Positions 1-11,600 of a stretch of 64,000 nt of DNA are shown in pieces. The notes under the pieces were generated by a model. That model worked only from the letters and a program-made list of their open reading frames with translations, did no database searches and was not told where the DNA came from. This DNA is from the human T2T-CHM13v2.0 reference genome, Homo sapiens: the NCBI RefSeq assembly GCF_009914755.1, contig NC_060945.1; one strand, written 5' to 3'. The position numbers and the translations under genes are program-made. Numbering within the stretch: the first letter of the stretch is position 1; each line of letters begins with the position of its first letter.

Positions 1-140
1 AGTGAGATCCTGTCGAAAGAAATGAATGTAATGGAATGGAGTGGAATGTAATGGAATGGAATGTAATGGAGTGGGGTGGAGTGCAGTGGAGTGAGGTGGA
101 GTGGAATGGAATGGGACAGAATGGAATGCAGTGGAGTGGA
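1..140 (+). repeat. End of a (GGAAT/GGAGT)n HSat3-like composite satellite, including the 3' end of the embedded Alu fragment (1-14)
   Basis: agtgagatcctgtc-gaaagaaatgaatg followed by ggaat/ggagt pentamers; a diverged reverse-complement counterpart of 47561-47715. Confidence 0.9.
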
Positions 141-3100
141 TTGGAGCACTTTGAGGCCTATGGTGGAAAAGGAAATATCTTCACATAATACCTAGACAGA
201 AGCAGTCTGAGAAACTTCTTTGTGATGTGTGCGGTCTTCTCACAGAGTTGAACCTTTCTTTTTATTGAGCAGTTTGGAAACTCTTTTTGTAGAATCTGCA
301 AGTGGACATTTGGAGCGATTTGAGGCATATGTTGAAAAAAAATCTTCACATGAAAACTAGACAGAAGCGTTCTGCAAACTTCTTTGTGATATGTGCATTC
401 ATCTCAAATAATTTAACCTTTATTTGATTCAGCAGCTTTGAAACTCCCTTTTTGTATTATCTGCAAGTGGACATTTGGAGTGCTTTGAGGCATATGATGG
501 AAAAGGAAATATCTTCAAAAAAGCTAGACAGAAGCATTCTGACAAATTTCTTTGTGATGTGTGCATTCATCTCACAGGTTTGAACCTTTCATTTGATTGA
601 ACGGCTTTGAAAAACTTTGTACAATCTGCATGTGGAAATTTGGAGCACTTTGAATCCTATGGTGGAAAAGGAAGTATCTTCATATAAAAACTATACAGAA
701 ACATTCTGACAAACTTCTTTCTGATGTGTGAATTTATCTCACAGATTTGAACGTTTCTTTTCATTGAGCAGTTTTGAAACACTCTTTTTGTAGAATCTGC
801 AAGTGGATATTTGGAGAGTTTTCAGGCCTACGGTGGAAAAGGAAATATCTTCACATAAAAACTAAACAGAAGCATTCTGAGAAACTTCTTTGTGATGTAT
901 GCATTCACCTCACAGTGTTGAAATTTTATTTTGATTGAGCAGTTTCAAAACACTCTTTTTGTAGAATCTGCAAGTGGACATTTATGAGCACTGTGAGGCC
1001 TAGTGTGGAAAAGGAAACATCTTCACATTAAAACTAGACAGAATAATTCTGACCAACTTCTTTTGGATGTGTGCATCTATCTTCCAGATGTGAACCTTAC
1101 TTTCGATTGAGCAGTTCTGAAACACTCTTTTTGTAGAATCTGCAAGTGGAAATTTGGAGCGCTTTGCAGGCTATGGTGGAAAAGGAAACATTTTCACATA
1201 AAAACTAGACAGAATCATTCTGACAAACTTCTTTGGGATGTGTGCATTCATCTGACAGAGTTGGAACTTTCTTTTGATTGAACAGTTTTGAAACACGTTT
1301 TGTAGAATTTGCAGGAGGACATTTGGAGTGTTTTGAGGCCTATGGTGGAAAAGAAAATATCTTCACTTAAGTGCTAAACAGAAGCATTCTGAGAACCTTC
1401 TTTGTGATGTGTGCATTCATCTCACCGAATTTAACCTTACTTTTGATTGAGCTGTTTTGAAACACTCTTGTAGAATCTGCAATAGGACATTTGGAGCGCT
1501 TTGTGGACTATGGTGGAAAAGGAAATAACTTCACATAAAAACTAGACAGAATCATTCTGAGAAAATTCTTTGTGATATGTGAATTCATCTTAGAGAGTTG
1601 AACCTTTCTTTTGAGCAGTTTTGAAAAACTCATTTGTAGAATCTATAATTGGTCATTTGCAGCACTTTGAGGCCTATGGTGGAAAAGGAAATATCTTCAC
1701 ATAAAAACTAGACAGAAGCATTCTGAGAATCTTCTTTATGATGTGTGCACTCACCTCACAGATTCGAACCTTTCTTTTGGTTGAGCAGTTTGGAAACACT
1801 CTTTTTGTAGAATCTGCAAGTGGATATTTGGAGTGCTATACTGCCTAAAGTGGAAAAGAAAATATCTTCACATAAAAACTAGACAGAAGCATTCTGAGCA
1901 ACTCCTTTCACATGTGTGCATTCACGTGACAGAGTTGAAATTTTCTTATGATTGAGCAGTTTTGAAACATTCTTTTTGAGAATCTGCAAGTGGATATTGG
2001 GAGAAATTTGAGGCCTGTTTTGGAAAAGGAAATATCTTCACATAAAAACTAGACAGAAGCATTCTGAGAAAATTATTTGTGATGTGTCCATGCATGTCAC
2101 AGGTTTGGAGATTTTTCCATTGAGCAGTTTTGAAATACTCTTTTTGTAGAATCTACAAGTGGATATTTTGGGAGCTTTGAGGCCTATGGTAGAAAAGGAA
2201 ATATCTTCACATAAAACAAGACAGAAGAATTCTGAGAAACTTTTTTGTAAGGTGGGCATTCATCTCACAGGGTTGAACCTTTCTTTTGATTGAGCAGTTT
2301 TAAACACTCTATTTGTAGAATCTGCATTTGGACATTTGGAGTGCTTTGCGGCCTATGGTAGTGAAAGAAATACCTTCACATAAAATCTAGAGAGAAGCAA
2401 TCTGAGAAACTTCTTTTTGATTTGTGTATTCATCTCACAGTGTTAAACCTTTCCTGTGATTGAACAGTTTGAAACTCTCTTTTTGTAGAATCTGATAGTG
2501 GACATTTGGAGCACTTTGAGGACAATGGTGGAAAAGGAAATATCTTTACATAAAAACTAGACTGAAGATTTGTGAGAAACTTCATTGTGATGTGTACGTT
2601 CATCTCACAAAGGTGAACCTTTATTTTGAGTGAGCAGTTTGGAAACACGGTTTATGTAAAATCTGCAAGTAGATATTTGGAGCGCTTTGCGTCCTATGTT
2701 ATAAAATGAAATACCATCACATAAAATCTTGACAGAAGCAATCTGAGAAATTTCTTTGTGATGTGTGCATTCATATCAAAGAGTTAAACCTTTGTTTTGA
2801 TTGAACAGTTTTAAAACTCTCTTTTTGTAGAACCTGCAATTGGACACTTTTAGCGCTTTGAGGCCTATGGTGGAATAGGAAACGTCTTCACATAAAAACT
2901 ACACAGAAGAATTCTGAGAAATTTCTTTGGGATACGTGCGTTCATCTTACAGAGTTTAATCTTTCTTTTGATTGAGCAGTTTGGAAACACTTTTTGTAGA
3001 ATCTACAAGTAGACATTTGCAGCGCTTTGAGGGCTGTGGTAGAAAAGGAAGTATCTTCACATAAAATCTAGACAGAAGCAATCTGAGAAACTTCTTTTTG

Positions 3101-3645
3101 ATGTGTGCATTCATCTCACAGAGTTAAAACTTTCTTTTGATTGAGTAGTTTAAAATTCTCTTTTTGTAGAATCTGCAAGTGGACTTTTGGAGCACTTTGA
3201 GGCCTATGGTGGAAAAGGAAATATCCTCACATAGAAACTAGATAGAAGAATTCTGAGAAACTTCATTGTGTTGTCTGTGTTTATCTCACAGAGTTGAAAA
3301 TTTCTTTTGATTGAGCAGTTTGAAAACTCTCTTTTTGTAGAATCTGCAAGTGGACATTTGAAGGGCTTTGCATCCTTTGGTACAAAAGGAAATACCTTCA
3401 CATAAATTCTAGACGGAAGCAATCTGAGAAACTTTTATTGTGATTTGTGCATTCACTTCACAGAGTTAAAACTTTCTTTTGATTGAGCAGTTTGAAACTC
3501 TGTTTTTGTAGAATCTGCAAGTGGACATTTGGAGCGCTTTGAGGCCTATGGTGGAAAAGGAAATATCTTCACAGGAAAACTAGATAGAAGTATTCTGAGA
3601 AACTTCTTTGTGATGTATGCAGTCATATCTCAGAGTTGAACCTTT
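141..3645 (+). repeat. Diverged alpha satellite, forward orientation (actagacagaag-type monomers, becoming an alternating two-monomer type from ~2300)
   Basis: ~171-bp periodic cattctgagaaacttctttgtgatgtgtgcattcatctcacagagttgaac...tagaatctgcaagtggac...ggcctatggtggaaaaggaaatatcttcacataaaa. Confidence 0.97.
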
Positions 3646-3652
3646 TTTTTTT

Positions 3653-3852
3653 GCCTTTCATTTTGTATACTTTATTTATTTTTTAATTTTTAATTTTGGT
3701 GGGTACTTAGTAGATATATATATTTATGGATATATGAGATGTTTTGATACAGGCATGCAGGGCATAACAATCACAGCATGGAAAATAGACTATCCATTCC
3801 CTCAAGTATTTATTATCCTTTGTGTTACAAACATCCAATTATACTCTTCTAG
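3653..3852 (-). mobile_element. Transduced segment containing the 3' end of an ancient L1MA-like element plus unique flank
   Basis: ggtacttagtagatatatatatttatggatatatgagatgttttgatacaggcatgca...ccctcaagtattta..tcctttgtgttacaaacatccaattatactct matches the recalled antisense L1MA 3' UTR; it lies between two poly(A) tracts and inside the SVA TSD. Confidence 0.75.
3671..3676 (-). promoter_or_regulatory. Polyadenylation signal AATAAA probably used by the read-through SVA transcript
   Basis: tttatt on +, 18 nt from the distal poly(T) tract ending at 3652. Confidence 0.6.
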
Positions 3853-5616
3853 TTTTTGTTTTTGTTGTTTTTTTTTCTTTTTCTTTTTTATTGATCATTC
3901 TTGAGTGTTTCTTGCAGAGGGGGATTTGGCAAGGTCACAGGACAATAGTGGAGGGAGGTCAGCAGATAAACAAGTGAAAAAAGGTCTCTGGTTTTCCTAG
4001 GCAGAGGACCCTGGGGCCTTCCTCAGTGTTTGTGTCTCTGGGTACTTGAGATTAGGGAGTGGTGATGACTCTTAATGAGCATGCTGCCTTCAAGCATCTG
4101 TTTAACAAAGCACATCTTGCACCGCACTTAATCCATTTAACCCTGAGTGGACACAGCACATGTTTCAGAGAGCACCAGGTTGGGGGTAAGGTCGTAGATC
4201 AACAGCATCCCAAGGCAGAAGAATTTTTCTTAGTACAGAACAAAATGGAGTCTCCTATGTCTACTTCTTTCCACACAGACACAGCAACAATCTGATTTCT
4301 CTATCTTTTCCCCACATTTCCCCCTTTTCTATTTGACAAAACCACCATCGTCATCATGGCCCGTTCTCAATGAGCTGTTGGGTACACCTCCCAGATGGGG
4401 TGGCGGCCGGGCAGAGGGTCTCCTCACTTCCCAGAAGGGGTGGCCAGGCAGAGGCGCCCCCCACCCCCCAGACAGGGCGGCTGACTGGGCGTGGGCTGCT
4501 CCCCACCTCCCTCCCTGCCGGGGTGGCTGGCCGGGCGGGGGCTGCCCCCCAACTCCCTCCCAGATGGGGCGGCTGGCCGGGAAGGGGCTGCCCCCCACCT
4601 ACCTCCCAGATGGGGTGGCTGGCCGGGCAGGGGCTGCCCCCTGCCTTCCTCCTGGATGGGGCAGCTGGCCGGGGGGGGGGCTGCCTGCCATCTTCCTCCT
4701 GGACGGGGTGGCTTGACTGGTGGGGGTTGCCCCCCACCTCCCTCCTGGATGGGGTGGCTGCCAGGCGGAGACACTCCTCACTTCCCAGATGGGGTGGCTG
4801 CCGGGCAGAGGGGCTCCTCACTTCTCAGATGGGGCGGCTGCTGGGCAGAGGGGCTCCTCACTTCTCAGACTGGGCAGCCGGGCAGAGACACTCCTCACCT
4901 CCCAGACAGGGTTGTGGCTGGGTAGAGGCACTCCTCACATCCCAGATGGAGTGGCCGGGCAGAGGCGCTCCCCACATCTCAGACGATGGGCGGCCGGGCA
5001 GAGACCCTCCTCACTTCCTAGATGGGATGGCGACCGGGAAGAGGTGCTCTTCACTTCCCAGACTGGGCAGCCGGGCTGAGGGGCTCCACACATCCCAGAT
5101 GATGGGCGGCCAGGCAGAGACGCTCCTCACTTCCCAGATGGGGTGGCGGCTGGGCAGAGACTGCAATCTTGGCACTTTGGGAGGCCAAGGCTGGCGGCTG
5201 GGAGGTGGAGGTTGTAGCGAGCTGAGATCAGGCCACTGCACTCCAGCCTGGGCAACATTGAGCACTGAGTGAACGAGACTCCATCTGCAATCCTGGCACC
5301 TCGGGAGGCTGAGGCTGGCAGATCACTCGCGGTTAGGAGCTGGAGACCAGCCCAGCCAACACAGTGAAACCCTGTCTCCACCAAAAAAATACGAAAATCA
5401 GTCAGGCATGGTGACACATGCCTGCAATCGCAGGCACTCAGCAGGCTGAGGCAGGAGAATCAGGCAGGGAGGTTGCAGTGAGCAGAGATGGCAGCAGTAC
5501 AGTCCAGCTTCGGCTCAGCATCAGAGGGAGACAGTGGAAAGAGAGGGAGAGGGAGACCGTGGGGAGAGGGAGAGGGAGACCGTGAGGAGAGGGAGAGGGA
5601 GAGGGAGAGGGAGAAC

Positions 5617-8600
5617 TGAACCTTTCTTTTGAAGGACGAGTTTTGAAATACTCTTTTTGAAGAATCTGCAATTGGACATTTCGAGATCCTTGAGGCATGT
5701 GGTGGAAAAGGAAATATCTTCGCATAAAAACTAGGCAGAAAACTTCTGAGAAACTTCTTTGTGATTTGTGCATTCATCTCACAGAGGTAAACGTTTCTTT
5801 TGATTGAGCAGTTTGGAAACACTCTTTTTGTAGAATCTACAAGTGGACATTTGGAGCGCTTTGCAGCCTATGGTAGAAAAGGAAATATCTTCACATAAAA
5901 TCTAGACAGTAGCAATCTGAGGAACCCCTTTGTTATGTGTGCATTCATCTCCCAGAGATAAACCTTTCTTTTGATTGAGCAGTTTTGAAACTCTTTTTGT
6001 AAAATCTGCAAGTGGACATTTTGAGCACTTTGAGGCCAAAGGTGGAAAAGGAAATATCTTCACATAAAAACTAGAGAAAAGAATTTTGAGAAACTTGTTT
6101 GTGATGAGTGGGTTCAACTCATGGTGTTGAACCTTCCTTTTGATTGGGCAGTTTTGAAAATCTCTTTTTGTAGAATCTGCAAGTGGACATTTGGAGTGCT
6201 TTGCAGCCAATGGTAGGAAAGAAATATCTTCATATAAAATCTAGACAGAAGCAATCTGAGAAATTTCTTTCTGATGTGTTCCTTCCTCTTACAGAGTTAA
6301 AGCTTTTTTTTTTTGAATGAGCAGTATTGAAACTCTCTTTTTGTAGTATCTACAAGTGGACATTTGGAGCTTTTTGAGGCCTATTTTGGAAAAGGTAATA
6401 TCTTCACATAAAAACTAGACAGAAGAATTCTGACAAAGTTCTTGGCGATGTGTGCATTCGGTCTCACAGATTTCAACCTTTCTTTTGATTGAGCAGTTTG
6501 GAAACAGTCTTTTTGTAGAATTTGCAAGTGGAGATTTGGAGCTCTTTGCGGCCTATGGTAGAAAAGGAAATAACTTCACATAAAATCTAGACAGAAGCAA
6601 TCTGAGAAACTTCCTTGTGATGTGTTCATTTATCTCACATAATTAAACCTTTCTTTGGATTGAGCAGTTTTGAAACTCTCTTTTTGTAGAATCTGTAATT
6701 GGACATTTGGAGCACTTTGAAGTCTATGGTGAAAAAGGAAATATCTTCACATGAAAACCAGATAGAAGCATTCTGAGAAACTTTTTTGTGATGTGTGCAT
6801 TCATATCTCAGAGTTGAAGGTTTCTTTTAAATGACCAGTTTTGAAATCCTCTTTTTGAAGTATCTGCAAGTCGACATTTCGAGCACCTTGAGGCGTATGG
6901 TGGAAAAGGAAATATCTTCACATAAAATCTAGACAGAAGCAATCTGAGAAACTTCCTTGAGATGTGTTCATTTATCTCACAGTGTTAAACCTTTCTTTTG
7001 ATTGAGCAGTTTTGAAAATCTCTTTTTGTGGGATCTGCAAGAGGACATTTGAAGCTCTTTGAAGCCTATGGTGGAAAAGGAGATATCTTCACATAAAAAC
7101 CGGATAGAAGCATTCTGAGAAACTTCTTTGAGATGTGTGTATTCATCTCCCAGTGTTGAACATTTCTTTTGATTGGACAGTTTTGAAACTCTTTTTGTAG
7201 AATATGTAAGAGGATATTTGGAGAGCTTAGAAGTCAATGGTTGAAATGGAAATAACTTCACATAATAACTACACAGAAGCATTCTAAGGAACTTGTTTGG
7301 GATTTGTGCATTCATCTCACATAGTTGAACCTATCTTTTGATAGAGCAGTTTGGTAACTCTCTTTTTGTGGTATCTGCAACTGGATAATTGGAGCCCTTT
7401 GCAGCCAATGTTGGAAAAGGGAACATCCTCACATAAAAACTACACAGAAGTATTCTGAGAAACTTCTTTGTGATGTGTGTATTCATCTCACAGAGGTGAA
7501 TATTTCATTTGATTGAGCAGTTTTCAAACACTCTTTTTGTAGAATCTGCAAGTGTATAATTGGAGCGCTTTGAGGCCTATTGTTGAAAAGGAAATATCTT
7601 CACATAAAAAGTACACAGGAGCATTCTCAGGAACTTCTTTTTGATGTGAGCATTCATCTCACAGTATTGAAACTTTCATTATATTGAGCAGTTTGGAAAC
7701 ACTCTTTTAATAGAATCTGCAAGTGGATATTTGGAGCCCTTGGAGGCCTATTGGGGAAAAGGAAATATCTTCTCATAAAAACTACACAGAAGCATTCTGA
7801 GAAACTGCTTTTTGATGTGTGCATTCAAACCACATAGTTGAATTTATCTTTTGATAGAGCAGTTTTGAAACTCTCTTTTTGTAGAATCTGCAAGGGGATA
7901 TTTGGAGCTCTTTGTGGCCTATTGTGGAAAAGGAAATAACTTCACAGAAAAATTACACAGAAGCATTCTCAAAAACCTCTTTGTTTTGTGTGCATTCATC
8001 TCTCAGAGTTGAACTTTTCTTTTGATAGAGCAGTTCTGAAAATCTTTTTGTAGGATCTGCAAGTGGATAATTGGAGAGCCTTGAAGTGTATGGTGGAAAT
8101 TGAAATATCTTCACATAAAAAATACACAGAAGCATTCTGAGAAATTTGTTTGGGATGTGTGCATTTATCTCACAGAGTTGAACCTATCTTTTGATAGAGC
8201 AGTTTTGAAACTCTCTTTTTGTAGAATCTGCAAGGGGATATTTGGAGCCCTTTGAGGCCTATGGTGGAAAAGGAAATATCTTTATATAAAAACTACACAG
8301 AAGCATTCTGAGAAACTTCTTTGGGTTGTGTGCATTCTTCTCACAGAGGTGAAACTTTCATTTGATTGAGCAGTTTTCAAACACTCTTTCTGTGGAATCT
8401 GCAAGGATATAATTGGAGTGCTGTGAGGCCTATTGTGGAAAAGGAAACATCTTCACATAAAAACTACACAGAAGCATTATCAGAAACTTCTCTGAGATGT
8501 GTGTATTCATCTCACAGTGTTGAAAATTTCTTTTGATTGAGCAGTTTGGAAGCAATCTTTTTGTAGAATCTGCAAGTGGATATTTGGAGCCCTTGGAGGC

Positions 8601-11600
8601 CTAACGTGGAAAAGGAAATATCTTCACATAAAAACTACATAGAAGCATTCTGAAAAACTTCTTTGTGATGTGTGCATTCGTCTCACAGAGTTGAAACTTC
8701 CTTTTGATTGAGTAATTTTGAATCTCTCTTTTTGTAGAATCTGCAAGTGCATATTTAGAGGACTTGGAGGCATATGGGGGAAAAGGTAATATCTTCACAA
8801 AAAAATAAGCAGAAGCATTCTGAGAAACTTCTTTGTGATGTGTGTATTCATCTCACAGAGTTGAAACTATCTTTTGATAGGGCAGTTTTGAAACTCTCTT
8901 TTTGTAGAATCTGCAAGGGGATATTTGGAGCCCTTGTGACCCATGGTGGAAAAAGAAATATTTTAACAAAAAAACTGCATGGAAGCATTCTGAGAAACTT
9001 CCTTGTGATGTGTGTTTTCATCTCACAAAGTTGAACCTTTCTTTTGATTGAGCAGTTTGGAAACACTCTTTTCATAGAATCTGCACGTGGATATTTGGAG
9101 GGCATTTTGGCCAATGGTGGAAAAGGAAATATCTTCACATAAAAACTACAGAGAATTACTCTGATAAACTGCTTTTGATGTGTGCATTCAATTCAGAGTT
9201 GAACCTATCTTTTGTTAGAGGAGTTTTGAAACTGTCTTTTTTTGGAGTCTTCATGTGGATATTTGGAGCCCTTTGAGGCCTATGGTGGAAAAGGAAATAT
9301 CTTCTCATAAAAAGTACACAGAAGCATTCTGAGAAACTTCTTTGTCATGTGTGCATTTAGCTCACATATTTGAACCTTTCATTTGATTGAGGAGTTTTGA
9401 AACACTCTTTTTGTAGAATCTGCAAGTGGATATTTGCAGGGCTTTGGGGACTTTTGTAGAAAAGGAAACATACTCACATAAAAATTAACAGAAGTGTTCT
9501 CAGAAACTTCTCTGTGATGTGTGCATTCATCTCACAGAGTTGAACCTTTCTTTTAATTGAGTAGTTTTGAAACACTCCTTTTGTAGAATCTGCAAGTGGA
9601 TATTTGGTGTGCTTAGAGGCCTATGGTGGAAAAGGAAATAGCTTCACATAAAAACAACATGGAAATATTCTGAGAAACTTCGTTGTGATGTGTGTATTCA
9701 TCTCACAGAGTGGAACCTTTCTTTTGATTGAGTAGTTTTGAAACTTTCTTTTTGTAAAATCTGCATGTGGTTATTTGGAGCCCTTTGTGGCCAATGGACG
9801 AAAAGGAAATATGTACCCCTAAAAACTACACAGAAGCATTCTGAGAAACTTCTTTGTTTTGTATGCATTCATCTCATGGTGTTAAAGTTTCTATTGTTTG
9901 AGCAGTTTTGAGACACTCTTTTCGCAGAATCTGCAAGTGGATATATGGAGCGCTCTGAGGCCTATGGTGGAAAGGAATATACCTTCACATAAAAACTACA
10001 CAGAAGGATTCTGAGAAACTTCTTTGTGATGTGCGCATTCAACTTGCAAAGTTGAACTTATCTTTTCATATAGCAGTTTTGAAACAGTCTTTTTGTAGAA
10101 TCTGTGTGTGATTATTTGCAGCCCTTTGTGGCCAATGGTGGAAAAGGAAATGTCTTTCTCTAAAAACTACACAGAAACATTCTGAGAAACTTTTTTGTGA
10201 TGTGTATATTCAGCTCACAGAGTTGAACCTTTCATTTGATTGAGTAGTTTTGAAACACTCTTTTTGTAGAATCTGCAATTGGAAATTTGGAGCGCTTTGT
10301 CACCTAATGTGGAAAAGGTAATATCTTCACATACAAACTACACAGAAGATTCTGAGACACTTCTTTGTTTTGTGTGCATTCATCTGACAGAGTTGAACCT
10401 ATCTTTTTTTTGAGCAGTTTTGAAACTCTCTTTTTGTAGAATCTGCAAGTGGATATTTGGAGCCCTTTGTGGTCTATGGTGGAAAAGGATATATCTTCAC
10501 ACAAAAACTACACAGATGCATTTTGAGAAACTTTGTTGTGATTTGTGCATTCATCTCACAGAGTTGAAACTTTCTTCTGATTGAGCAGTTTGGAAACACT
10601 CTTTTCATGGAATCTTCAAGTGGATATTTGGAGCACTTTGAAGTCTATTGTGGAAAATGAAATATCTTAACATAAAAACTACAGAGAAGCATTCTGAGAA
10701 ACTTCTTTGTGATGTGTGCATTCAAATCACAGAGTAATATGTCTTTTGATAGAGCAGTTTTGAAACTGTCTTTATGTAAAATGTGCAAGTGGATATTTGG
10801 AGCCCTTTTTGGCCAATGGTGGAAAAGGAAATATCTTTCCCTAAAACTACACAAAGCATGCTTAGAAACTTCTTTGTGATGTGTGCACTCATCTCACACA
10901 GTTGAACCATTCTTTTGATTGAGCAGTTTGGGAAAATTCTTTCAGTAGAAATGCAAGTGAACATTTGGAGCCCTTGGAGCCCTATTGTATAAAAGTAAAT
11001 ACCTTCACTTAAAAACTACACAGAATCATTCTGAGAAACTTCTTTGTGATGTGTGCATTTCCTCACAGAGTTGATACTTTCTTTTGATTGAGCAGTTTTA
11101 AAACACTCTTTTTGTAGAATCTGGAAGTGTATAGTTGGTGCACTTAGAGGCCTATGGTGGAAAAGGGAATATCTTCACATAAAAACAACACAGAAGCATT
11201 CTGAGAAACTTCGTTCTGATGTGTGCATTCATCTCACAGAGTTGAATCTTTCTTTTGATTGAGCAGTTTTGGAACTTTCTTTTTGTAAAATCTGCATGTG
11301 GTTGCTTGGAGCCCTTTGTGGCCAATGGAGGAAAAGGAAATATGTTCCCCTAAAAACTACACAGAAGTATTCTGGGAAAATTCTTTGTAATGTGTGCATT
11401 CATCTCACAGTGTTAAATTTTGTATTGTTTGAACAGATTTGAGACACTTTTTTCACAGAATCTGCAAGTGGATATATGGAGCGCTTTGAGGCCTATGGTG
11501 GAAAGGGATATATCTTCACATAAAAACTACACAGAAGGATTCCGAGAAATTTCTTTGTGATGTGTGCATTCAACTCGCAGCATTTTACCGATCTTTTGAT

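Larger units (their letters stand above)
3646..5616 (-). mobile_element. SVA retrotransposon (older SVA_A-C-like), near full length, with 3' transduction
   Basis: Minus strand order: (CCCTCT)n hexamer ~5540-5614, Alu-like domain ~5160-5540, GC-rich VNTR ~4385-5160, SINE-R ~3890-4385, first poly(A) 3853-3889, extra ~200 bp, second poly(A) 3646-3652. TSD tgaaccttt at 3637-3645 and 5617-5625. SINE-R reads aaaatggagtctcctatg (older type) rather than the SVA_D-F aaaatgaaaagtctcccatg. Confidence 0.95.

Noticed and set aside
4329-5417. GC-rich overlapping ORFs up to 300 aa with CpG-island-like composition
   Set aside because: SVA VNTR and Alu-like domain; ORFs arise from the tandem GC-rich repeat.
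5160-5540. Independent Alu insertion
   Set aside because: It is the Alu-like domain of the SVA, lying between VNTR and hexamer, with no tail or TSD of its own.
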